Notes under the pieces: generated by a model
Told to the model about the DNA's origin: nothing
The model's database searches: none
What the model saw: the letters and a program-made list of their open reading frames with translations, nothing else
Program-made: the position numbers and the translations under genes
From: a bacterium
GTDB lineage: Bacteria; RBG-13-61-14; DATKZS01
Direction of reading: 5' to 3'
DNA length: 64,000 nt
NCBI GenBank assembly: GCA_963674965.2
Contig: CAXXFL010000005.1
Coordinates: 224,001 to 288,000, forward strand
Part shown: positions 47,521 to 57,496 of the stretch, piece by piece
Layout: every line of letters begins with the position of its first letter
Position numbering within the stretch: position 1 is the stretch's first letter

Positions 47521-48761
47521 CACTCGTACCTCAACGACTCGGCCGGCTTTATCTTCGAGGCCTGCCAGGAAGGATATATGGTCGTCACGAAGCTGAGAAG
47601 CATGGCCCCCAGGCTCACCCCCGCGATGACGAAACCTGAAATCTTCACCGGGACCGTGCCGAACTGGTAAACGTCAGCCGGCATCTTCAATAAACCGAAC
47701 TCAATCTGAAGCCAGCACACGAAAAGTCCCAGCAGCACCCCGGCGATGGCCCCGAACAACCCGATGGCCGTTCCCTGGGTCATGAAGATCATCATGATTC
47801 CCCCGTCGGTGGCCCCCATGCTTTTCAGGACCGCGATGTCCCGGTACTTCTCCATCACCAGCATGAGGAGCATGCCGATGATGTTGAAGGACGCCACCAG
47901 CATGATAAGACTAAGGACCAGGCCCGAGAGTATCTGCTCCATCTTCAGCGCCGCGAAAAGCTGCTGCTGCTGGTCGATCCAGGTGCGCACGATGTAAGGA
48001 TACTGGATGGCCTGCTCCACCCTCTTTCGCGTGGCCGAGACGTTATACACGTTGTCCGTCTTCACCTCGATCGCGTCCACCTTGTCGCCCCGGTCAAAGA
48101 CCTTGCCCGCCGTGGCCAGGCTGACCAGCGCCACGTTGGCGTCGATCTCGTAAAAACCGAACTCGTAAATGCAGCCCACCCGGAAGCGCTTGGCCTTGGG
48201 CGCGAAGCCGTAGGGCGTAAGCTTGCCCTCCGGGATGATGACCGACACCTCGCTGCCGTGATAGGCCCCCACCTGCCCGGCCAACTCCGTGCCCAGGGCG
48301 ATCACGGGAAGGGGCTCGAGAAAGCTCGAGTCGCCGTCCGCCGGCTCCAGCTCGGACATGCTTCCCTTTATCACGTGCTCGTCCAGGTTCATGACGCGAG
48401 GCGCCGTGGCCAGGTCTATGCCCCGGATCAGGGCGCCCTCCTGGCCGTGCGGGCCTCGAACCAGGACCTGGCTCTCGATGAAAGGGCTCGAGCCGGTAAC
48501 GCCGGGCACGGCGTCGAGCTTTTCCATGATCTCCTCGGGGTTGGCGATGCCCGAGGACCGGGTCACCACGATGTGGGCGTTGAACCCGAGAATTTTATCC
48601 CGCATGTAGTCCTGGACCCCCAGCATGAAGGAAAGGACTATTATTAAGGCCGCCACCCCCACCGTGACCCCCGCCACGCTGATAAAAGTGATCACCGACA
48701 CGAAGGTCTGCTTGCGCTTGGCCCGCAGGTAGCGAAGGCCAATCATTATCTCATATCGCAT
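47520..48761 (-). CDS. lolC: Lipoprotein-releasing ABC transporter permease (LolC/E family)
   Basis: GLRYLRAKRK..F.S.I, IAVLKSMGA, YPSWQAS...PAESLRYE. Confidence 0.92.
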   Translation of the reverse strand: MRYEIMIGLRYLRAKRKQTFVSVITFISVAGVTVGVAALIIVLSFMLGVQDYMRDKILGFNAHIVVTRSSGIANPEEIMEKLDAVPGVTGSSPFIESQVLVRGPHGQEGALIRGIDLATAPRVMNLDEHVIKGSMSELEPADGDSSFLEPLPVIALGTELAGQVGAYHGSEVSVIIPEGKLTPYGFAPKAKRFRVGCIYEFGFYEIDANVALVSLATAGKVFDRGDKVDAIEVKTDNVYNVSATRKRVEQAIQYPYIVRTWIDQQQQLFAALKMEQILSGLVLSLIMLVASFNIIGMLLMLVMEKYRDIAVLKSMGATDGGIMMIFMTQGTAIGLFGAIAGVLLGLFVCWLQIEFGLLKMPADVYQFGTVPVKISGFVIAGVSLGAMLLSFVTTIYPSWQASKIKPAESLRYE

Positions 48762-49229
48762 CCATATTCCTCAGGAAATCAAAACCCGGACCCAAACCAG
48801 GATAGCTATCCAGCGCCGACTGGCGCGGAGATAACGCTCATCCAAATCCAGCGGCCAAGGCCGCCCGCGCGGCAAGGCCGGATGAAATCGTAAAACAGCC
48901 GCCCTCCAAGACGGCCTGAGTTGTAACCGCAAACCGTGGAGTCGCCATTTCTGACCCCAATAAATAATAAGGGAGGCGGGGCATAATGACAACTTCCCCG
49001 GCGCGGATAGGCGTTCAAGTAGGATGGCGGCGAGCGTCCAGGCGCAAGATGGCCAACTCCTCCGGGGTCCCGGCGTGACCAAGGACCTCGGGCGTGAAGG
49101 ACGAGGAAGCGGCCCTGACCCTGGGAACTGGGGCAAGAAATAATCCGAGCTCCGTCCCCTCGCCGGTGCTTGGAAGCCGTGAAATCGGAGGCGACCCCCT
49201 CATTACGATAATCGGCGTTCCATCGGTCC

Positions 49230-49259
49230 TTGACAAATCGGAAGCCGATCATCTACTCT
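49230..49259 (+). promoter_or_regulatory. hicAB promoter with a palindrome in the spacer
   Basis: TTGACA-N18-TACTCT; ATCGG-aag-CCGAT at 49238-49250. Confidence 0.55.
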
Positions 49260-49277
49260 AAATGAAAGGAGTTCGTA

Positions 49278-49529
49278 ATAAGGCACGAGAAGTTATATGA
49301 ACATATACTGATGCGCCGGTCGGACGTTAACGTCCCTTTTGACGACCTCCGCTCATTGCTTGCTCGGATTGGGTTTGATGAAAGGATCAGGGGAGATCAC
49401 CATATCTTCACCATGACCGGGGTCGAGGAAATCCTTAACCTTCAACCTCGAGGAGGTAAGGCCAAGCCGTATCAGGTTAAACAAGTACGGGCCTTGATTC
49501 TGAGATACAATTTAAAACTGGAAGAATAG
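49278..49529 (+). CDS. hicA: HicA-family toxin; start is probably the non-canonical ATA at 49278 (first ATG is 49311)
   Basis: F.DL..LL...GF.ERIRGDHHIF...GV.EILNLQP..GKAKPYQVKQVR; SD AAGGAG 6 nt before the ATA. Confidence 0.85.
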   Translation: MRHEKLYEHILMRRSDVNVPFDDLRSLLARIGFDERIRGDHHIFTMTGVEEILNLQPRGGKAKPYQVKQVRALILRYNLKLEE

Positions 49530-49531
49530 CC

Positions 49532-49744
49532 ATGGATGCAAGGTACGAAATCATCATTTTCTGGAGCGAGGAGGACCAGGCTTTCATCGCCGAGGTCCCG
49601 GAACTTGCCGGCTGCATGGCGGACGGCAAGACCTACCAGGAGGCGCTGACAAACGTCGAGGTTGTCATTCGGGAATGGATTGAAACGGCCATCGAGCTTG
49701 GACGCGTCGTGCCGAAACCTCGGGGCCGATTGGCGTACGCTTGA
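49532..49744 (+). CDS. hicB: HicB-family antitoxin, short form
   Basis: YEIIIFWSEED.AFIAEVPEL.GCMADG.TY.EAL.N...I.EWIE.A.ELGR.VP.P. Confidence 0.92.
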   Translation: MDARYEIIIFWSEEDQAFIAEVPELAGCMADGKTYQEALTNVEVVIREWIETAIELGRVVPKPRGRLAYA

Positions 49745-49857
49745 GAAGATTTTTACCGTAAAGTCCAGGGAACGCCACGCCGGCGCTTTTACGCCCTTAT
49801 AGCAACCATCCGGGCTTCCCCCCACTCCTGAACCGGCCGCGCCGGTTTTATCTTTCG

Positions 49858-50484
49858 CTAAAGGGTCTTGGCCTCCGCGTATCCTCTGACGCCGAGGTCG
49901 AAGGCTTTCATGTTGAATTCCCTTTTTTTCTCGTCCTCGAACACGTCGGCGATGGCCTGGCGGAAGGCGGCGACCGACACGGGCAGAAGCTCGGACCCGG
50001 CCAGGGCCCCGACCATGACCACGTTCTGCGCCACCAGTGTGCCCAGCTCCTTGGCCAGCTCGGTGGCGGCCACCACCTTGGCCCCCTCGACCAGTCCTTT
50101 GATATTGTCGAATAGCTCCTGGAGGGGAGGGTACTGCTGGGCCCCGGTGAGCACGCCGATGGGATAGTTGGGCCTGGGGTTGAAGATGACCTTGGTGTTC
50201 TCGTTTCCGTAGTCCACCAGCACCCGGAGGGTCTCGAGCGGCTCGAAGCCCACGATGATATCGGTTTGTCCCCGCGGTATGAGGGGACCGTACTGGAACT
50301 CCTTGGAGAAGCGCACGTGGCTCATGACCGAGCCTCCCCTTTGGGAGGCGCCATAGGTCTCGCCGATGGAGGCGTAGAAGCCCTCGTCGATGGCGGCCGT
50401 GGCCGTGAGCTGGCTGGCCAGGATGTTTCCCTGTCCTCCCACTCCCGTGATTATCAGGTTGATCGGGTCCTTTGCAATAGCCAT
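49858..50484 (-). CDS. iorB: Indolepyruvate:ferredoxin oxidoreductase beta subunit
   Basis: GVGGQG.ILAS, ETYGASQRGGSVMSHVR, FEPLE, NVVMVGA; SD AGGAAAGGA before ATG 50484. Confidence 0.92.
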   Translation of the reverse strand: MAIAKDPINLIITGVGGQGNILASQLTATAAIDEGFYASIGETYGASQRGGSVMSHVRFSKEFQYGPLIPRGQTDIIVGFEPLETLRVLVDYGNENTKVIFNPRPNYPIGVLTGAQQYPPLQELFDNIKGLVEGAKVVAATELAKELGTLVAQNVVMVGALAGSELLPVSVAAFRQAIADVFEDEKKREFNMKAFDLGVRGYAEAKTL

Positions 50485-50519
50485 TTTGATTCCTTTCCTC
50501 GATACCGGACGCCGGTGGG

Positions 50520-52442
50520 TCAGGCGTTTTCTTCCTCGATCTTGATCGCGCCCTGGGGGCAGATATTGACGCAAAGGCCGCACCGGGTGCAGACCACCTC
50601 GTCGATGGTGGCCTTGCCGTTCTCGGCGTCCCAGATCAGGGCGGGACATCCGAAGACCCTCGAGCAAAGCCGCATGCACCCGCAGTGATCGCCCACGCAG
50701 ACCTCGGGGTCGATGTAAACCCGGGGCCTGGGCTTCTCGAGCTCTCGCCCCTGGATGAGCTGGCACTTGTGGCGGAAGATGAGCACCTTGAGCTTGCCTT
50801 CCTGAAGCGCGTCGTACACCGTCGCCACCGCCTCCTCCAGGTCGAAGGGGTCCACGATCTCGGTCTCGATGCCGAAACCCTTGCAAACGGCCGGGATATC
50901 GAGGGGCTCGACCGTCTCGCCCACCGCGTTCCTGCCCGTGCCCGGGTGCGGCTGGAAGCCGGTCATGGAGGTGGCCGTGTTGTCGAGCACGATATAGACG
51001 AAGTTCGACCCGTTGTACCTGGCGTGGGCGAGGCCCGGCAGGCACGAGTGGAAAAAAGTCGAGTCCCCGGCTATGGCGATGACGGGCTGCTTCATGTCCT
51101 TAAGCTGGCCCAGACCGTTGGCGTGTCCAATTCCCGCCCCCATGCAGGAGAGGTTCCGGGAAAGGGCGTACCCGGTCTTGGTCACGCCCATCGAGTAGCA
51201 GCCGATGTCGCCCAGCACGAAACCGTTTCGGTTGTCGAGCTTGAGGGCCGTGCGCATGACCCAGAAGCTGGCGCGGTGGGGGCATCCGGCGCAGAAGGCC
51301 CATTCCCGGGTGGGCAGGCCGAAGCCGGAGAGCTTTTCCTTGGCCTGGGCGAACTTCTCCGTGGGCTTGGGCCTTCCCTTCCCGGTGATCTTGCCCAGGA
51401 TGTCCTCGACCACGTTCACGTCCATCTCGCCCGCGCCGGGTCCCTTCGGTCCGGCCACGTGTCCCGTGCGCTTGCCGTATATCTTGGGAACGTCCAGTTC
51501 CTCGAACACGCCGGAGGCCGCGATCACCTTAACGTTGTCCTCCAGGAAGGGGTCGATCTCCTCGATAATGACCACGTTGTCCGCGTGCCACAGGTGCTTC
51601 ATGATCAGGTCTTTGGGAAGGGGCCAGGTCGTGCCCACCTTGAGCACTCCCACCTCGTCCTTGAGGCCCATCGAGCGGATGGCCTCCCAGGCGTACATCG
51701 AGCCCGTGCCGCTGGTGATGATAATGGTCTTGGCGTCCTCGGGCCCGTCGTAGCGGTTAAAGGGGGAACTCTCGAACTCCTGGCGGATGGCCTCGTTCTT
51801 GTTGATCAGAAGCGGGTGCATGATGGGATGGGCCAGGAAGCGGTCGAATTCTCCCACCTCGGGCGAGCGGGCGCGTTTCGGCAACTCCCCCAGGGTCACG
51901 TTGCCCCTGGCGTGGGATATTCGGGTGACCGAGCGCACGACGGCGATCAGGCGGTGCTTCTCGCTGAGCTCGAAGGCGTACTTGACCATCTCCTTGGCCT
52001 CGCCGATGTTGCCGGGCTCGAGCAGGGGAAGCTTGGCCAGTCGGGCGTGGGCCCTCGAGTCCATCTCGTTGGTCGAGGAGTGCGCCGCCGGGTCGTCGGC
52101 CACCAGGAGCACGACGCCTCCCTTGACGCCGGCCAGGTTCTGCGTGTTCAGGATATCGGAGGCCACGTTGACGCCGTTCTGCTTCATCGAGGTGAGGGAC
52201 CGAAGTCCCGCGAAGCTGACGCCCACGCAGGCCTCGAGGGCTATCTTCTCGTTGACCGCCCACTCGGCGTGGTGGCCGAAAACCCTCGCGGCCCGGGCCA
52301 GGACCTCTTGAATCTCCGAGGCGGGAGAACCAGGATAACTGCTGGTAAAGTCCACGCCCGCCTCGAGGGCCCCGCGGGCTATGGCCTCGTTGCCCATCAT
52401 CAACACCGTCTTGCCGGGCGAGTCGAGAAAAACTGGGTTCAT
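50520..52442 (-). CDS. iorA: Indolepyruvate:ferredoxin oxidoreductase alpha subunit
   Basis: GNEAIARGA.EAG, NEKIALE, FCAGCPHR, GDIGCY, GDSTFFH, C-terminal ferredoxin Cys motifs. Confidence 0.95.
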   Translation of the reverse strand: MNPVFLDSPGKTVLMMGNEAIARGALEAGVDFTSSYPGSPASEIQEVLARAARVFGHHAEWAVNEKIALEACVGVSFAGLRSLTSMKQNGVNVASDILNTQNLAGVKGGVVLLVADDPAAHSSTNEMDSRAHARLAKLPLLEPGNIGEAKEMVKYAFELSEKHRLIAVVRSVTRISHARGNVTLGELPKRARSPEVGEFDRFLAHPIMHPLLINKNEAIRQEFESSPFNRYDGPEDAKTIIITSGTGSMYAWEAIRSMGLKDEVGVLKVGTTWPLPKDLIMKHLWHADNVVIIEEIDPFLEDNVKVIAASGVFEELDVPKIYGKRTGHVAGPKGPGAGEMDVNVVEDILGKITGKGRPKPTEKFAQAKEKLSGFGLPTREWAFCAGCPHRASFWVMRTALKLDNRNGFVLGDIGCYSMGVTKTGYALSRNLSCMGAGIGHANGLGQLKDMKQPVIAIAGDSTFFHSCLPGLAHARYNGSNFVYIVLDNTATSMTGFQPHPGTGRNAVGETVEPLDIPAVCKGFGIETEIVDPFDLEEAVATVYDALQEGKLKVLIFRHKCQLIQGRELEKPRPRVYIDPEVCVGDHCGCMRLCSRVFGCPALIWDAENGKATIDEVVCTRCGLCVNICPQGAIKIEEENA

Positions 52443-52616
52443 GGTTTGCTCCGTTCTATTTGTTTTTCGGCGTTATGCCGTCGATCGAGCAGCCTGTTGA
52501 CAATTACCGGCTGAAGCTGGGTCGAGGAGGAAAGGGACTCGATCTTTTTTTCGCCGCGCGGTTATTCTTTCCCGCCGGGAAAGGGCGCGCAAGACGCCGA
52601 TGCGGGCGATTTACCT

Positions 52617-52645
52617 ATAGTACAAAAAAACCCCATGACGGTCAA
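52617..52645 (-). promoter_or_regulatory. Sigma70-type promoter for iorAB
   Basis: Minus strand TTGACC-N17-TACTAT. Confidence 0.6.
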
Positions 52646-52774
52646 AGCACAAAAATCTCCAAATTGTCCCGCTCGGTTTGAAGACTTGAATGGAAGCGCT
52701 CGGGCGGTTAAAACGGGACGGGCCAGGATAAATAACTCCCGGCTCCGTCCCGGGTCGACCGCGAAAGCCTCGCG

Positions 52775-53461
52775 CTAAATGGGGAACATATAGCCGAGCT
52801 TGATCTGGAGTAGCATGACGTTTATCCGCTCGTCGAATTGATAGTTCCAGCTATCGCTTCCGCCTTCCGCGTAGGTTACGTCGATGGTGGCGTCCCCGTA
52901 ATCGGCCATGTGGTAGCTGAGCTCTCCGCCCACGTAGAAGTTGTCGATAAAGTAGTTGGCCCCGATCGCGGCCCTATAGCCGACCACCGGGTCCACGTCC
53001 GCCTCCCACTCGTCGCCATAGGCGCTTCCTTCCATGTAGAACCAGTAATAGCCGCCGCCAAGCTCGGCGTAAAGGTCCAGGGCGTCCATGGCCCCGTAGG
53101 TCCCGCGGATATTAAGCGCCAGATAGTCCTGGCGCCACTGGTCCACCTCGAAGGGTACCCCACCGATGGTCGTGTCGCTGCCGTCTCCGGTCCCGCTGCC
53201 GTACTGGAGGCTGACTCCCACGTTCTCCAGGAAGTTGTAGCCGAGGTGCACGTACTCGAAGTTGAATCCCTGCTCGAGGTCGGTGGCCGGGAGTTGTTCT
53301 CCAAGTTGGCGGTAATAGGTCAGGTCCTGGTTGGCCCAGGCCATTCCGCCCCCGGCGCCGAGGAATATCCCGGTTTTCGCCTCGGCGCCCAGGATCGGAG
53401 CCGTCATCGCGATCATAAGGATCGCCAAAAATGCCAAGCCTTTTCTCGATAGTTTTTGCAT
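52775..53461 (-). CDS. Outer-membrane beta-barrel protein (OmpA TM-like)
   Basis: Signal peptide; alternating beta-strand pattern; C-terminal LGYMF. Confidence 0.8.
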   Translation of the reverse strand: MQKLSRKGLAFLAILMIAMTAPILGAEAKTGIFLGAGGGMAWANQDLTYYRQLGEQLPATDLEQGFNFEYVHLGYNFLENVGVSLQYGSGTGDGSDTTIGGVPFEVDQWRQDYLALNIRGTYGAMDALDLYAELGGGYYWFYMEGSAYGDEWEADVDPVVGYRAAIGANYFIDNFYVGGELSYHMADYGDATIDVTYAEGGSDSWNYQFDERINVMLLQIKLGYMFPI

Positions 53462-53703
53462 CGCTCCCTCCTATGCCTTCTTGCACTCGTTGTTAGATCC
53501 GGACAATTTACCGCTGAAATCTTGCCCTTTTTCCGCCGGCCCTTTTTTCTCCCCTCGATCGCCGGCCGGTCAAGGGGACATTTTCCCTGGCCTACCGTCC
53601 GGTAAACGCGCCAACGGCCGTAGCCCCTGATTATTAAAATCCCGGGATTACGGCCGCCTCCAATTTTATTGCCCCTTTATTGGGCGTTCTTTTTAAAGAA
53701 CGT

Positions 53704-54804
53704 TTAGCCTTGCTTTTCCACCGCCGCTTTTTCGGCTTGGCTAATCACGAGATAATCCCTCGCCTCGCGCTCTTCCGAGGCCAGGGCCTGGAGCGCCCGC
53801 TTCTTCTTGCCGAGCGAGGCCTTCCTTAAAAGCTCGATCCTTTCCTCGGGCAGGGGCTCGACCTCGAGCTTTCCCGCCGCCTTGGCCGCCTCGATGGCCG
53901 CCGCTCCCTTTTCGGTCCTCGATATAAGAGTGTTCCAGTCCTCCTTCCACTCCGTGCCGCCCACCGAGATATCGGCGAACTCCGAGGTGAAATCGAAGCA
54001 GATATCGCAGGTTTCCCTTCTGAGCGCCTTGATGGGCTCGTACTCGAGGTCCCTTGCGCCCTCGTCGGTCACGACCACGAACCGGTTGTAAGGCACGTCC
54101 ACCTTCCTGGCGGCCTTCATGTCGATCTTGTCGGCAAGGTAGGCCGTCAGGTCCTTGTAATCAAGGCTCCACATGCAGAAAAGGCCCAGGACGAGGGATA
54201 TCTTCTCGCCGACCTCCGGCTCGATGGCGATCCTCTTGCGCAGGGAGATGACCTGACATGGCCTTCCCACCACCGCCAGCCTCGAGCATTCCCGAAGCGA
54301 CTTGTCCAGGATTTTCAAGGTGGGGCAGCCCGTGTACTTCGATCCCGAGGCCGCCAGGACCTGGGCGGGGGTCCTGGCCAGGACCGGCTCGGGCAACAGG
54401 CCGTACCGGCCCGACTCACCCGCCAGGATCGCGCCGTCGATGGTTCCCGATTCCATGCCCGCCATAATCAGCGAGGTTATGGTCCCGCCGTATTGTCCCT
54501 TTTCCCGGACTTTCTCGTCCGTTCCCCTCGACATGAAAACGCCCTTGTTCGTGCCCAGGGCGTAGTCATCGCGAGCCTTGCCGAAAACGGACTGGTTCAG
54601 CGACTCGGCGTCCACCACCGATCGCGGACAGACCTCGTAGCAGCGGCCCTCCGCCAGGCCGCAGGGCTCCATCAGGACCACCCTCTCGTGCATCTGAATA
54701 AAATATGGACAAAGCCCCATGCAGCCGCCGCAGGAGCAACAAAGTCCGGGCTTGACCACCCTGGCCTCAAGGTCCTGAGGACCCTTTTTAAGCGTTAATT
54801 GCAA
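53704..54804 (-). CDS. FrhB/FdhB-family (coenzyme F420 hydrogenase beta-like) Fe-S flavoprotein
   Basis: CCSCGGCMGLCP, CYEVCPR, Q.GG.IT, GSKY, VGRPCQ, LGLFC, C.IC.DFT.EFADISVG. Confidence 0.9.
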   Translation of the reverse strand: MQLTLKKGPQDLEARVVKPGLCCSCGGCMGLCPYFIQMHERVVLMEPCGLAEGRCYEVCPRSVVDAESLNQSVFGKARDDYALGTNKGVFMSRGTDEKVREKGQYGGTITSLIMAGMESGTIDGAILAGESGRYGLLPEPVLARTPAQVLAASGSKYTGCPTLKILDKSLRECSRLAVVGRPCQVISLRKRIAIEPEVGEKISLVLGLFCMWSLDYKDLTAYLADKIDMKAARKVDVPYNRFVVVTDEGARDLEYEPIKALRRETCDICFDFTSEFADISVGGTEWKEDWNTLISRTEKGAAAIEAAKAAGKLEVEPLPEERIELLRKASLGKKKRALQALASEEREARDYLVISQAEKAAVEKQG

Positions 54805-54831
54805 CGTAGTACTCCCCCAAGATTTTTGATA

Positions 54832-54860
54832 ATTCTATCCGCTCGCCATAGGGCAGTCAA
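54832..54860 (-). promoter_or_regulatory. Sigma70-type promoter for the FrhB-like gene
   Basis: Minus strand TTGACT-N17-TAGAAT (coordinates approximate). Confidence 0.55.
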
Positions 54861-55086
54861 ACGATCGAACGCGAAACCCCTACGCCGGAGAACCCTCGCC
54901 AACGGATTTTTACGCCTCGATGTCCCGCCGCCGGCCGGGAAAGGCGCGATTTGGCCTTAATTGAAACGGATGGGAAAAGAGTTATTATAGTAATTAATCG
55001 AGGAGATCATAGCCCTTATTGAAATCACTTTGCTTCACGCGTTTTTCTCAATAGGCCTTTAATTTCCGATATTTTGGGAGTAATCC

Positions 55087-57468
55087 ATGCCGCGGCGATT
55101 GAAAATACTTCTCAGTAACTTCCACGGGGCCTTGAACACCGGTTCCGGGGTCCAGTTGTACGCCCTGGCCAAAGGCCTGGCCGAAAGGGGACATGACGTC
55201 AGCGTAATCTTCAATTACTCCAACGCCTCGGACCTTCTCCTCGAGTCCACCCTGGACAAGTTCGAGGCGGCGGGCGTCCGCCTGATCAGGTTCCCCTTCG
55301 CCAAGCTCAAGTATTCCTTTACCCTTCCCTCCATTTTCGAGCTGGGCCACTTCCTCTACCGCGAGCAATTCGACCTGGTCCACACCTTCGCGGGCATGGA
55401 CCTCAACTTCTTCTTCATTACATATCCCTTTATTCCCCGGACCGTTATAATCGCCAACCGCGGCGTGTGCTCGGACCTGGACGTCTTCAACGGCGTCAAG
55501 TACCGTATGCCCATGGTCTCCCGCGTGGTGGCGGTCGCGGAGGGGGTGGCGGACTCGATGGTAAGAAGCGGCGGCCTTTCCCGCGAAAAGATCGAGGTGG
55601 TTTACGGCGGCATCGACCTTGAGAGGTTCGATCCCGAGGTGGACGGGGCCAAGGTGCGCGAGGAATTGGGCCTTGGCATAGGCGACGCGGTCATAGGCCT
55701 GATCGGCAAGTTCAATTTTTCTCCGGGTCACATGAAGGGCGGCCTCGAGTTCCTGGAGGCGGCGAAGCTGATCGAGGACCGCCGGGAGATAAGGTATTTA
55801 CTGGTGGGCGACGTGGACCGGGCCGATTTCCTCAAGTCGGCCGCTCCCCTGGGCCTGGAGGACCGGTTCGTTCTGACCGGTTTCCGGGAGGACGTGGAAA
55901 GGATAATCGCGGCCTGCGATTTCATCGTCTGTCCCTCCATCAAGAACGAGGGGCTGACGGGAGTGGTGCGCGAGGCCCTGGCCATGAAGCGGGCGGTCGT
56001 CTGCACCGACGTGGGCGGAAACCGGGAGCTTGTCTCGCAGAACGAGACCGGTCTCATGGTCCCTCCCGGCGACCCGGCCGCCCTGGCCGAGGCCATGCGC
56101 CGCCTGCTGGACGACCCGTCCGGGCGCGAGAGGATGGGGGCCGCCGGCCGCGGCAAAGTCGAGGCCATGTGCGGGGACATGGTCCGTCTCGAGAGGATCG
56201 AGCGCATCTACGAGGAAACCGTCGAGGCGCCGCCGAGGATGAAGGCCCCCGCCTCCTTTAACCGCGCCTTAAACGCCATAGTCTCGCGGATAATGTTCGG
56301 AAAGAATGAAATCAAGTACCGCTTCGTGGACCTCGGCGGCGTGGGCAAGGCCTCCGGCATACTAAGGAGAAAGGCCTCGAGGAAAAAGGGACCCAGATTA
56401 TTGGATGACGGCGGCGTATCTCCCGGGGCATGCCTCGACCCGGCCCGCCTGGATGAAGGGCAAGAAGTCTCGCGTGACGAAAGAAGGAGAACGAACAAAG
56501 ATAAGATTAAAAAGTGGGCCGCGAGAGCGGCGCTGATGGCCGCGATAATCGTGCCCATGCTTATCTGGCCCTATTTTTTTTGGGAACTGTTCCTGGCACC
56601 TTCGCAAAGGCATAACGCCTCCGGCCGTCTCGATAATCTCGTGGAAATACGCGACCCCAAGGCGCCCCGTATCGCCTTGCTCGGAGACTGCCGCGGCCAC
56701 CTGGAGGCCCTGGAGGGGATTTTGGAGGACGCCCGGGCAAGGGAAGCCGACGCCGCGATTATCCTGGGCGATATCGTGATGAAAGGAACGGCGGGCAGAT
56801 ACCGCTTCGTCAAGCGCGAGATCGATGAGGCGGCCGGGCCCATGCCGGTTTTCGCGGTCATTGGCAACCACGACCTTGACGGCGGAGACGGAGGGGACGG
56901 ATCGAGGCTTTTCGAGAAGTTTTTCGGTCCCACCCGATTTTGGCTTCGCCATGGGAACCATTTTTTCGTGGCCATAAACAACGTCCAGGAAAAGGTCTGG
57001 CAAGACGAACTCGAGTGGCTCCGCTCGGCCCTTATGGACAACGCGCGGGAGGAAGACGAAATATATCTTTTGCTTCATATGCCTCCCAGCCTCGAGGGCT
57101 GGGAGGGTTTCCACGGCATGTCGGCCAAGGATTCCGAGGAACTTTGGAGCGTGATATCCCGGTATCCCAACTTGAAGATTTTCGCCGCCCATATCCACGA
57201 GTACAGGGAGTATTCTTTTCACGGGATACCGGTGGTGGTCACGGGCGAAGCCGGAGCTCCCCAACATAAAAAGGTCGCCGAACACGGATACGTGCTACTC
57301 GACTTAGCCGCGGACGATCTCATAGCTCATAAGGTCAGTCTCGGGCGCGTGTCCAAGGGCGATCAGTTTATCGAGACCTTCGCCTTGCGGGACTTCTTTT
57401 GGGGATGGCCCTTTATTACGGCCGCGGCGATCATTATCAGCGTCCGCGGGAAAAGGCGAGGCCGCTGA
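55087..57468 (+). CDS. Fusion of a GT4 glycosyltransferase, a TM segment, a calcineurin-like metallophosphoesterase and a C-terminal TM
   Basis: GID...F, KG...F.EAA, NEGL..VVREALA, DVGG..E; then GDCR, LGDIV, GNHD, LHMPP, AHIH. Confidence 0.85.
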   Translation: MPRRLKILLSNFHGALNTGSGVQLYALAKGLAERGHDVSVIFNYSNASDLLLESTLDKFEAAGVRLIRFPFAKLKYSFTLPSIFELGHFLYREQFDLVHTFAGMDLNFFFITYPFIPRTVIIANRGVCSDLDVFNGVKYRMPMVSRVVAVAEGVADSMVRSGGLSREKIEVVYGGIDLERFDPEVDGAKVREELGLGIGDAVIGLIGKFNFSPGHMKGGLEFLEAAKLIEDRREIRYLLVGDVDRADFLKSAAPLGLEDRFVLTGFREDVERIIAACDFIVCPSIKNEGLTGVVREALAMKRAVVCTDVGGNRELVSQNETGLMVPPGDPAALAEAMRRLLDDPSGRERMGAAGRGKVEAMCGDMVRLERIERIYEETVEAPPRMKAPASFNRALNAIVSRIMFGKNEIKYRFVDLGGVGKASGILRRKASRKKGPRLLDDGGVSPGACLDPARLDEGQEVSRDERRRTNKDKIKKWAARAALMAAIIVPMLIWPYFFWELFLAPSQRHNASGRLDNLVEIRDPKAPRIALLGDCRGHLEALEGILEDARAREADAAIILGDIVMKGTAGRYRFVKREIDEAAGPMPVFAVIGNHDLDGGDGGDGSRLFEKFFGPTRFWLRHGNHFFVAINNVQEKVWQDELEWLRSALMDNAREEDEIYLLLHMPPSLEGWEGFHGMSAKDSEELWSVISRYPNLKIFAAHIHEYREYSFHGIPVVVTGEAGAPQHKKVAEHGYVLLDLAADDLIAHKVSLGRVSKGDQFIETFALRDFFWGWPFITAAAIIISVRGKRRGR

Positions 57469-57496
57469 CGCGACTTTGCGAGCGACGCGGCTATCT

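Noticed and set aside
48986-49143. Possible sORF or decayed gene remnant before hicAB, plus a half REP (gcgcggataggcg near 49001)
   Set aside because: Several frameshifts are needed to read a protein, no family is recognisable, and the palindrome is incomplete
50485-51045. 395-aa version of iorB
   Set aside because: The extension overlaps iorA out of frame; the SD supports ATG 50484
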